From NCBI GenBank assembly GCA_965178125.1, contig OZ237767.1, positions 310,001 through 374,000 on the forward strand: a stretch of DNA of 64,000 nucleotides, written 5' to 3'. Under the pieces are notes generated by a model that did no database searches, was not told the origin of the DNA, and worked only from the letters and a program-made list of their open reading frames with translations. Positions 10,692 to 21,800 of this stretch are shown one piece after another (the first letter of the stretch is position 1; the number at the start of each line of letters is the position of its first letter). The position numbers and the translations under genes are program-made. This DNA is from Bilabrum cf. latius (lineage: Eukaryota).

Positions 10692-11453
10692 TTAATTATA
10701 AATTTCCCTGAGTCTATTATATTCCTTTTTGTAATCACAGGACAAATAGACTTTATAATTCCAAAATTCAGCTGTATGTATATCGTCATTATCGTTAATA
10801 CTAAAATTTCTTTTGATTTTTGATATTATAATTTGAATTTTTCTAGAACTAAAACGATTTCTAAGCGATTCAACGTCTGGTAAGTGTGAATCACCAAATT
10901 TAATTATATTCCCATTTACTATAACCTAAAAACGATAATCTCCATCATCCAACCTCTTTAAATCTCCTATTAGTTCTAATTTGCTCTCTGTTTCTTCCTC
11001 ATTATCACTATCCGCCACAATCTAGTCCTGTTCAGTATTTACACTTTGACTATCATCACTATCATCTTCAACACCTTCGTGAATTATTGCGGTCTATCTA
11101 ATTAATTCTGGCGGTTGTAAATCATCTACATCATTATAAATTTTATTATTCTGTGGTTTATAGTCATTAAATTTATCTAGAATGTATGTTTGCTTAATTT
11201 CAACCTGATCGTTGTTGTTGTGTTGTGTCTTCTGTTTCTCTTCTTTCTTGGGCTTTTTCACGGATTTTTTCTCTTTAATATCACTAACTATATTTTTATT
11301 AATTAATTTAGAGGTGGAAAACTTACCACCTAAATCTACATACGTAGTAATGGTCTCTAGAATTTTCTGCGTGCTATCTGTAATATGGTCTGTAGCCTTA
11401 TGAATCTGCTTCATTAGGACGGGATTTTCAATGACATAATTATTAAAGTTCAT
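10692..11453 (-). CDS. Hypothetical viral protein, possible degenerate Tlr6F-like C-terminal domain (253 aa)
   Basis: ORF 11094..11453 continues through TAGs to TAA at 10692-10694; C-terminal YRFQVIVNGNIIKFG...HTAEFWNY. Confidence 0.75.
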
Positions 11454-11479
11454 ATCTATAATACTAAGTTATAATTTTT

Positions 11480-12529
11480 GAGTTTTAAAAAAACGCTTAG
11501 AGGTGGGGGGTCATGTGGGGGTTATCCCTAGCCTATAGGCTAGGGTTATGAAGGGGGGTATGTGATGTATAGGCATAGATTAATACTTTAAAACATATAC
11601 ACCCTTAATAAAGGCTTAAACTTTAATATTAAATCCTGTAGGTTAGACCCTCATATTTCCTAAGAAATGCTGGACTCCAATATCCAGATTCAGGTTCATT
11701 TTGACGATGACGAGTGTAGCGAGTTGCTGTTGCGCGTTTGTTCCATTTGTGAAGGTATAAGCGAGGATAAGGGGGTATAATGAAGGTAGTTTAGAAGGTT
11801 GAATAATGGAGTCCCATAAAGTGATGGAATTTTTGGCTAGAAAATGGCTAGAGTCCCATAACACCTTCACAAAATTGAGAGATCCACGTAATGAGAATTA
11901 ATACTGAACTTGAATATTCACATTCATTTTTATTTATACATATACTTTTAAAGACCAACATTTCCTAAGATATACTGAACTTCAACTTCAATATTCATTT
12001 TCATTTTTTTTTTAATATTTATACATTCATATCATATATTTATTATTTATCAATATATTCTTTTAAATTAAATACTATTATGACCCATTATTATCATATT
12101 TAATATTCTATTTAGCCCTAAATTACCATTTCAAGGGGTACCCCTTAGATAATCATTCTAAATATATAATTTTATTGCTTTACCTTCATTAATGATTGAA
12201 CTTGAATTAATTTTATAAATTTACATTGAACTTTAGAAGGTCAAATAATCACCCTTCTAAAATGAAGGGACTATTTTATACTAAAACACCAAAAGTCCCA
12301 TTTGACCTTCTAACAAAAGCCCCGGTACAAGAAATGTTATAATATACTATATAAATAGCATTTTTTGTACTATATCTTTTATAGAGATTACCTTGACTTT
12401 TGGAGCGACTAGCGACAAAAGGAGTGAAACGGACTGAAGAGCTTTAGCTCTGATGGACTGGAACTATTGATGATGTTAATCATCCTTAACCGAAGGGAAT
12501 AAATTTATTTATTACCGTAGCGGGGGGGG
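11480..12529. repeat. Non-coding viral terminal region (probable terminal inverted repeat)
   Basis: No convincing ORF. Perfect palindromes at 11526-11545 and 12133-12146; inverted 14-mers at 12233-12246 / 12300-12313; G8 run at the GC boundary. The partner repeat cannot be seen in this window. Confidence 0.55.
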
Positions 12530-12547
12530 TTGCCAGGCCTGCCGGCG

Positions 12548-12591
12548 AGAAATACAGAAATACAGAAATAAATACAGAAATACAGAAATAC
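12548..12591 (-). repeat. Octamer tandem tail (AGAAATAC)n at the retrotransposon 3' end
   Basis: About 5 copies visible; two more at 12801-12815. Confidence 0.9.
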
Positions 12592-13024
12592 ATTGTTGGG
12601 TTAAGTTACCGAACCCGCCACAGATGCACCATATCTCAGGTGATCACCTGCAGCGGTAGGAGCCCTCATAAGAGGACTACAAGACCCCCGACCCTTTCAG
12701 ACCAAAGGCCCCCCATGTACCGGCCCTGATGTTGGGACCTCCCTTTGTCGCCTTCAAGCCCTCCTTCGCAGCAGTCCCGGAGCCTTTATTTCGGATATCC
12801 GAAATACAGAAATACATTGTTGGGTAAAGATTCCACAAGCACCCAGATGCACCGTTGCCCCCGAAGGAGTTCGAGTGATCACCTGAATCCAGAGGAGTCC
12901 TCAAACAAGGACTACAAGACCCCCGACCCTTTCAGGCCAAAGGCCCCCCAATCTCAGCCTACACCGCCGAGTCCCCTTTATTCGCCATCAATGTGGTCCC
13001 CCACAAGCCCTCAGCCTGATGCCT

Positions 13025-15500
13025 TCACAGGGAGAAAGCATACAGGTGCGGAGCATGTGCCCGGCACAAAGCGCGGTCCAGTCCCACATCAGGGTCCCCT
13101 GCCGAGACCCACCATTTCCTCCTCCATGACCGTCTCTGCGTCTCACGGTCCTTCAGAGAGGCTAGCATGCACGCGCTCATGCCTTTGGCCCATTGCCTCT
13201 CTATGTCCCTTAGCAAGCCGTGGGGCTTAAACATCCGTCGCTGTAGCCGAGCGTTCGCATTGGTTGCCGCTATCAGCTCTTGCGTGGCCGTGGCGGCAAG
13301 AGCAGCCGCCGCATCGCCTCGCATCCACTGCCTGCACGTCAGCTACTCCTGCTAGCGCAGCTGGTTCCTGATCACCTGCACCACTCGGTTGGCCAGCTCC
13401 TTGACAGCTGTACGTTCCGATGACCGCGCAATCGTACGCTCTATCCGAGTGAGTGCGTCTTCGACGATTGGCTTGGCCCTGCTGGTGCGCTCCAGCTTCT
13501 CGTCCCAAGGGTCCTGAGCGAGAGCTGTCTTCGCCCATGCTTTCCGGAGAGAGGCAGGGGACCTCCCTCTATTCTGATCCGCATCATCGGGTTGCCACGG
13601 TCTCGTTCCGGCATGATGGTCATGCTCGGCCCGCTCCATCTGCTCTACCGCGGTGCCCATCACTTGAAGGTTGGGCGTGCCCTGTTGCGGGTTATTGTCC
13701 AGCTCGGATGCGCAGAATTCGTCTTCCTTGGTGGCCGTATTCCTGCACCACCGCTGCTGTTGGCATGGCTCCTGGTCCGAAGGCATACCGTCCCTTCGTT
13801 GCGTACCGGTTAAGCATGACCACTCCGAGCGCAGCTCTCTCCCGGTCCCAATCCGACAGTGCCGGATCGTGCGAGCATCCCAGGCTCAGGCTTGTGAACG
13901 ATCGGTCAGCAGCTCCGGATTTGGATTTCCTCCACTTTGTGACTTTTTTTGCAGTCTCCTGGCATCCCATCCAGTCCTTCGCGTCATCGATCCGTTGGGT
14001 CCACCCTGCCATCTTGATCCTGAATCCCAGTGCCAGCGCGGCCCCGAGTGGGCCTGTCTGTACTGGTGGTCCCTGCAGGAATCGGCCCTGGTGGATGAAC
14101 CTGGCCGCAACATCAAGGCCCTTCTTCGAGGGACACTCGATCAGGTCCAGCAGGCCCATAGCAACACGCCCTGCTGCCGATGCCGTCAGCAGCTCAGTGT
14201 CCATCGCGAGGTTTGGCACGTATCGACCGCCCATGGTGAAGGGCCTTACCTGTGTCGATCCGCTGACAATCATCCAGCGCGTATCCAGCAGGAATTTGTC
14301 CAGCATCTTGAGGACTTCCAGGTTCAGTTCCATCCCATAGAAAACTTGGGAACCATATCCTAATCCTGACAAGGTGTCCCATCCTGTTGCACATGCCGCT
14401 GCCTCTGCTCCGTAGAATGCACTCGTGATTGCTCCTGCATGGAGCAGCTGGGCGTGCAGGGAGACCGCCCAGTTGCCGTTCACCGCCGCTCGTGTGATGT
14501 CCCTGGCCGCCCGGTACGCCATCGCAATCCTCCTGCGTACGTGGGGTGCCATATCAATTACCCAGATGTCTCTCGCCTGCGTCAGCCCAGCTACTTCATC
14601 TGGGCTGATCCGTACCGGTTGGGTCGAAATGAGTAGACCGAGGTACGGGTAGGATGAGGCAAGTGGGATGGTCCACTCCCCATCCGTCTCTCCCGCGTCC
14701 GCTGCTCTGCATGCGACGCCCTCTGGCATGTCCCCAGGAATTGAGTCCCGAGCGTAGCCAAAGGCCATGATCGCTGTCTTGGTTCCCTGGCCCGATGCTG
14801 TCAGGGGCTTGATTCCCAGCTACATGCCCGCAAGTGCAAACAGGCTCTTGACTAGCTTCATGACCGCCACTGCTTCGTTCCAGTTCGACGTCAGTGCCAC
14901 GTAGTCGTCTGCGTACCCGACTTGTCCACATTCAACGTATCGTCCGGTGTCGGTCACGATCCTTTGATGGTGCCCGTGCTGGAGCCTCTCTTTCCGCAGC
15001 GTTTCCAGGAGAACCCCCATCAGTACCAGGAAGATGGTGGGAGACAGAATCTCGCCCTAGGGGGTGCCCGCCGTCTTCTGCACTCTGGTAGAGACCCTCC
15101 TGGTGAGTGGGTCTCGAACGCGGATGGCCACCTGCATGCGGGCCATGAGAAAGCGGACCGTCTGGCGTCCCCATCCTTGCTCCGTCATGATGGCCTCGAT
15201 GATGTTCCACTTGCAACTGTCAAATGCCCCTTTGATGTCAAAGAATACCAGAAAACCTCCAGCACCCCTTCGTTGGGTAATCCATTCCATCACCGCTGAG
15301 TAGGCCTGCTGGCAGTTCTTGCCGATGCGAAATCCGGCCTAATCCTGGCCGAAGAGTCCGTGGTTTTCGCAGTACCACATGACCTTCTGGTTTGCGATGG
15401 TGCTCACGACCTTCGAGAGGGCCGAGGTCCAGCATATTGGCCTGAATTCGTCGACTCCTGTGACTCCTGTGCCCTGCTTGCGCTTGGAGACCGGCGAGGC
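13025..15500 (-). pseudogene. Non-LTR reverse transcriptase ORF, truncated and probably frameshifted
   Basis: Motifs FRPI, Q(TAG)AGFR, FFDIKGAFDS, GTPQ(TAG)GEILSP, YADD, YPYLG. The RT frame stops at TAA 13692-13694; a different frame continues to TGA 13025-13027. Confidence 0.85.
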
Positions 15501-15831
15501 ATGCTCAACGAGTTGCGTGATGATATATTTTAAATCAGACCATTGGCAGCCACTGCACAGCAGAACAAGGCGTCGTACAAACAGCCCTCCGGCCCCAGTT
15601 TCAGGTACAAGAGTTCTGCACAAACAGGATTTTTCGTAACCGTTTCAATTAGCGGGAATCCATTACGGACAAAACCCTGTTATAGTAGTGATTCGATCAG
15701 AAACTGTGGATTGGAAGCTCGCGGCAAGCATGAGACCTGAACGCCGTGGACCGTGCGCAGCCCATCACATACGCAATTGGTTGGGTACCACAGTTTTCAT
15801 CATTTCTATTAGCTGCTTGTTTTGTAAATCT

Positions 15832-18800
15832 ATGCAGGTTTCACACCCTGGGTGAGTCCCAACCCACTTGCTGATTTCATCGTGGCGTCGTCAATCCGTA
15901 AATTTCGATGAATCAAAGTAGAGCTTTGCAGTTTCTGATGCTAACTATGCACTACAGATCAATAACAGGTGGGGAAAATGCCGCCCGAAGGCTGGAAGCC
16001 GCAGCCTGGTCGCGGAACGACGGCGAAGTACATGGATGGGACAAACTATCGAGCAGGTCGGGCAACTTCCACGGTACGCTCGAAAATGGTGACAGTTTCG
16101 GATATAGCATCACTGCACTTGGTGATCTGGATGGAGATGGGGTTGGAGACATGGCAGTTGGAGCACCACGAGACGACGATGGGGGGTAGGATCGTGGCGC
16201 GATTTGGATTCTGTTTTTGCTCTCTAATGGCACTATTAAGGACCATCAGAAGATCTCCGATACGAATGGAGGATTTTATGGGCAGCTTGACGACGGTGAC
16301 TGGCTGGGTGTGTCAGCAACAACGCTATCTGATCTGGACGCGGACGGAACACGTGAGCTTGCAGTTGGAGCACCACGAGACGACGATGGGGGCAAAGATC
16401 GAGGTGCTGTATGGGTACTATTCCTTCGAGTCGATGGCTCTATAAAGCGGTATGAGAAGATCTCCGATACGAACGGCGAGTTTTCAGGGAACCTGGACAA
16501 TGATGACCATCTAGGGTGGTCAGTGGCTGGTCTGCCTGATCTCAACGGAGACACAGTAGCTGATCTAGCTGTTGGGGCAAGGAATGACGACGATGGATGT
16601 GATTTGAACTGTGGTGCTGTGTGGATACTCTCCCTGCGTTCCAACGGAACGGTTCGGGGACACAAGAAGATATCAGAGCTCACAGGTGGTTTCGCTGGCT
16701 AGCTGGACAATCAGGACTAGTTTAGCTATTCCCTGGCTTCACTGTCCGATCTGAACGGCGATGGAGTGGTGGACTTGGCGGTGGGGGCAGTACAGGATGA
16801 TGATGGCGGCACCGACCGAGGAGCCGTGTGGATTCTGTTTTTGCGACCGGATGGCTCAGTCAGGTCGCACCAGAAGATCTCTGACACGGAAGGGGGCTTT
16901 TCGGGACAGCTTGGCAACGATCATAATTTCGGCGGTTCGGTTGCTTCACTTGCAGACCTTGATGGCGATGGAACGGTGGACCTTGCTACGGGGGCACTGC
17001 GAGATAATGACGGGGGAAATGCGCAAGGAGCAGTGTGGATCTTGTTCCTGCACTCAAGCGGCACGGTGAAGCGGCACTAGAAGATTTCCGACGCGCATGG
17101 CGGGTTTGTGGGGAGCCTGGACGAGTTGGATATGTTTGGCGCATCCTTGGCATCGCTGTCTGACCTTGATGGGGACGGATCGGTTGACATGGCGGTGGGG
17201 GCAGTACAGGATGATGATGGCGGCACCGATCGAGGCGCCGTGTGGATGCTACAGCTCCATAGCTCAGCCCGCAGCGTCCTCCCCGCGCCTGTCCTCAACG
17301 GCACCTACACAATCGATCCTGCCCTCCTGTAGGACCCGTGGAGCACAGGCACAGAGGCACACCAAGTCAACGGATCCATGTACTCTGCCGCATCTGCGAC
17401 GATCTCTCCAGACAACAGGAGGATAATCCTCGCCCAGACGGGCTGTGCTTCCTCCAGCGCCAGGCTGCCCCTCGGGTACCTGCAGGGCAGCGTGCGGGTG
17501 CAGCTGCCGTACAACTCGAGCATGAGTGGGGCAGAGGCGGAGGAATTCCACTTCATGCTGGTGGCTGGCGGCCGATTACTGGATTCTCACCAGGCTATAT
17601 TCCCAGTTGAGCGAGTGGCATGGGCTGACCTGTACGCAGAGGGACTCAACGGTACTATGCAAGTGGATCTGCTGCTACGCTACTGGCCCAGAAACGCGAA
17701 CGTGTACGGGTGCTACGGCAGGGCCCCCCACCTGCTGGCTGACCCCCCTTTCCCTACGACGTCCTGCGGGGGCCCGGTGGTGCAGTCGAGGTGTGCCATG
17801 GTGACGAGTGGGACCAACTCGATCGAGGTGCGCCTGAAGGAGGACTCTATCCGGGGGTGGGCTTTGGCTCCTCAAAGCTTTGTGAACATGTCACTTGTGG
17901 ATGCGCGGGAAGTTTGGGTTTTGTTCAGGTTTGGGAACGTACCATGCGTTGGTAGCCCGAAGGGCTGTCTAGCTGGAGGACATGCTCTAGGAGGGACTTG
18001 CGATCGTGTAGCTGCACTCATGAGTGGCATTGCGGAGTGTGTGATCGATGGAGATGGCAAGCTGCAACTCGGGTCGGACACATAGAGCGACGTGCTGCTG
18101 CAGCAGGGAACGGGGCCGCATGTTCAGTTGCGGATTTGGCAAAAGTGGGATGGCACGGTGAAGCGACACCAGAAGATATCCGACACGCAAGGCGGCTTCA
18201 CGGGGCAATTAGATGACAATGATTTCTTTGGTAGTTCTGTCACATCTTTGGGTGACTTGGACGGTGATGGAGTATCGGACATGGCAGTGGGAGCATCGTC
18301 CGATGACGACGGTGCGTCGGGTGACAGCAATCGAGGGGCTGTGTGGATCGTGTTTCTGCAATCGGATGGCACGGTGAAGCGACATCAGAAGATCTCCGAC
18401 ACGCAAGGCGGCTTCACGGGGGCTTTAAGTAATGCTGATATGTTTGGCAGATCCGTTACATCCCTGGGTGACTTGGACGGTGATGGAGTATCGGACATGG
18501 CAGTGGGAGCATGGTCCGACGACGACGGAGGAGACAGTGTCAGCAATCGAGGGGCTGTGTGGATCTTGTTTCTGCGATCGGATGGCACAGTGAAGCGACA
18601 CCAGAAGATATCCGACACGCAAGGCGGCTTCACGGGGCAATTAGATGACAATGATTTCTTTGGTAGTTCTGTCACATCTTTGGGTGACTTGGACGGTGAT
18701 GGAGTATCGGACATGGCAGTGGGAGCATCGTCCGATGACGACGGTGCGTCGGGTGACAGCAATCGAGGGGCTGTGTGGATCGTGTTTCTGCAATCGGATG

Positions 18801-21800
18801 GCACGGTGAAGCGACATCAGAAGATCTCCGACACGCAAGGCGGCTTCACGGGGGCTTTAAGTAATGCTGATATGTTCGGCACTTCCGTTACATCTTTGGG
18901 TGACTTGGACGGTGATGGAGTATTGGACATGGCAGTGGGAGCATGGTTGGATGACGACGGAGGAGACAGTGTCAGCAATCGAGGGGCTGTGTGGATCTTG
19001 TTTCTGCGATCCGATGGCACAGTGAAGCGGCACCAGAAGATATCCGACACGCAAGGCGGCTTCACGGGGCAATTAGATGACAATGATTTCTTTGGTAGTT
19101 CCGTCACATCCCTGGGTGACTTGGACGGTGATGGAGTATCGGACATGGCAGTGGGAGCATCGTCCGATGACGATGGAGCATCGGGTGACAGCAATCGAGG
19201 GGCTGTGTGGATCGTGTTTCTGCAATCGGATGGCACGGTGAAGCGACACCAGAAGATATCCGACACGCAAGGCGGCTTCACGGGGTCTTTAAGTAATGCT
19301 GATATGTTCGGCACTTCCGTTACATCTTTGGGTGACTTGGACGGTGATGGAGTATTGGACATGGCAGTGGGAGCATGGTCGGATGACGATGGTGCGTCGG
19401 GTGACAGCAATCGAGGGGCTGTATGGATCTTGTTGCTCACACCTGTAGAGGACCTCTCCGCAGCTTCCTCACCTGCCCATCGACTCCTCCCCGTCCCTGG
19501 CACTGCATCCAGGCCATCCTCGACATCCCCTGCCTCTTTGGATGCTTCAATCGGAAGCCTGCAGGCCAGCCAAGGAACATTCATTCTTATGGAAGGCGAA
19601 CCGCTTCAGGTAAACAGATAGGCGGGCACGGACCCAGGGACGGGGCATCACAGCTGGGTCAGCAGGGGACGGCTGCATGTCAGGGTCGGAGCATTGAATG
19701 GATCGGATGCACCTGCTGTGGATCGACCCCCCGCCGGTATGGAGCTGGTCCTGGACGGGAGTGCCGTGTGCTCGCTGGGGTCTCTGGGCGCGGGGGATGG
19801 GTCTGTGTCATTGCTGGTGGGGGATGCATCGATGGGGCAGCTGTGGGTGAGTCGGCTGGGGACGGGCACAGCGGGAGAGGGAGCGGATGACGATGGGGCA
19901 GGGCATGTAGGTGATTCGATTCTGCCGACTGTGGTTGTATCCAATGCAACGATTTCCCGCGGGCCCGTCTCGCTGGGTGCATCAGTGGCATACTTGGGCC
20001 GGTCGATGCTCGGCCCCACGCGGCTGCATGCCCCTGTGGTGGCGGCGGGGGCACCTCAGCAGGGCGAGCTGCACCTGCATGCACTGCACCTAGTGACAGC
20101 CAGCAGCAGCAACAGCAGCAGTAGTAGTAGTGCTAGCCCAATGACCGCCTGGGATGGAGGCAGGATCGCCGTGATATCGTCTGTCACGGGTGCAGCTGGC
20201 GACAGCTTCGGGGCATCGCTCGAGTACCTGGGCCCGGTGCGTGAGCAGGGGCAGGGGAAGGGACATGCCAGGAGCGAGGTGTCGATGCTGGTGGGCGCGC
20301 CTGACTGGAGAGACCTGTCGCTGTCGGGGGAGGACAGGCGGTTCGGGGCTGTGGTGATGCTGCACCTGGCTGTGGGCGAGATCGAGACCGGGGCTCTGGC
20401 CATGTCCGTGTCTGACCACCTGCTGCTGTCTCCTGCCCTGATGCCGCTGCGGCTGGCCGGGCACTGGCCGGGGCAGTTCGAGCGATCCCGCTTCGGGGCT
20501 GCAATCGAGCTGCTTGGCTTCGGAGCAGACCGCACGATGGACGTGTTCGTGGGTGCCCCTGGCTTCAACGACTCTGCAGGGGCCGTGATGCAGCTGCGGG
20601 TGGATCTCAATGGCAGGCTGGGCCCGACCAATAATGCGTCATCGGAGGCAGTTGCCGTGCTGAGCTCGGAGCGGGCAGAGGCTCCTGTCCCCGCGGGCGT
20701 GGGGCCCGGCTGCGAGATGGGGACCGCACTCGTCACACGGGTCACGACCAACGCGTCCATCAGCGAGCAGGAGGTGCATCTGCTGGTGGCATCGCCGGGG
20801 TGTGGGGGGCGCGGGCTGGTGGCGTACAGGGCCAACACCACGGGCCTGCACTCGAGGCCTCTTTGGATGCTGCCCGTGTCACAGGCGCAGTTTGCCTCGC
20901 TGGACTGCAGCAGGGAGCAAGCGCTGTGCAAGGGGCTGAACGAGAGCGTGATGGGCAATGGTGTGGGTGCAGCTGAATTGCCTGTAGCAGATGCTGCTGC
21001 GCTTGGTGCTGCCTTGGGTGAGGCTGCCGCGGCTAATGCGGCATCAGGGTGGGGTGGGGATGCGTTGATGCGGCATGTGGCGCAGGCCGGGTGCTTGCTG
21101 TCCCGGGGCCAGCTGGGCGTGGTGGCGTCTGGTGGAGCTGTGTCGGGTGGTGTGGGCCGCGTGAATTGGGCAGGCTCGGCCAGTGGCTGTTTGCCTGTCT
21201 ATCCCGGTGGTGCAACCGATGGACTGGCAGTGGTGACCAGCCGTGCAATGCACCTGCCCCGTCCTTCAGAGCTCGGCAGGTTGCAGGAGCTGGGGCACGT
21301 GTGGGCAGGTGGACTCAGGTGTCCCACTGCCAGCGCGCATGCCATCGATGCAGGGGTGCGGACCGTGCTGGTGTGCATTCCGGAATAGCCCCTGCTGCCG
21401 GGTCTGGCCGAGGTGCAGGTGCACCTACCTGGGGCTGGTGGTGGCAGTGGAGGCGGGAGCGGCGGGGCACTGACGGTGTCGAGCGATGACCCGGCGGCAT
21501 GCGAGCTGGTGCTTCGTGAGCTGGCCAGCGGGCAAGCCATCGCGGGTGCGCCCTCGGGTCCTGACATGGTGCTGTGCGTGGCAGTGGGCATGCAGGGGGC
21601 ACTGAGGCTGCAGAACGGGAGCAGCTGGCCGGTGACTGTGGGGGCCGGCGGGACTCTGCTCATGGACGTGCAGGGGGCGGGATGGGGCTCTGGAGGCGGG
21701 TGGCACGAGAGTGCCCTGGCACCTGTGGACCGGATTGACTCCAAAAATGGATTTAGCAATCGATGGAGTCAGCTGGAGGCTGCAACAATTCCTAGTCTAA

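Larger units (their letters stand above)
1..12529. mobile_element. Endogenous virophage (mavirus/EMALE-like) element, right part; left end lies outside the window
   Basis: Sharp AT-rich to GC-rich switch at the G8 run near 12,522-12,529. Intronless, dense ORFs encode a virophage-type MCP, pPolB, primase-helicase, Tlr6F-like and Zn-finger proteins. About 1 kb of non-coding terminal DNA follows. No integrase, packaging ATPase or protease gene is in this part. Confidence 0.88.
12548..15500 (-). mobile_element. 5'-truncated non-LTR (LINE-like) retrotransposon
   Basis: RT homology begins abruptly near RT subdomain 1 and no upstream endonuclease is present. The 3' end carries an 8-bp tandem tail (GTATTTCT)n at 12548-12591. 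Confidence 0.85.

Noticed and set aside
1-11453. Viral region as decayed pseudogenes riddled with nonsense mutations
   Set aside because: Internal stops are all TAG, frames are kept, and TAG falls on invariant Gln. Random decay would also give TAA/TGA and many frameshifts.
11643-11870. Track ORF in the terminal region
   Set aside because: No ATG start, no promoter motif, no recognisable protein; lies in repeat-rich terminal DNA.
12425-12470. Hammerhead ribozyme (CTGAAGA near GAAA)
   Set aside because: GAAA does not follow stem II in the required order, and stems I/III cannot be built.
12548-15500. Ngaro/DIRS element, group II intron or DGR
   Set aside because: No tyrosine recombinase, RNase H, intron domain V or TR/VR adenine pattern. 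The RT motifs and tandem tail fit a non-LTR element.
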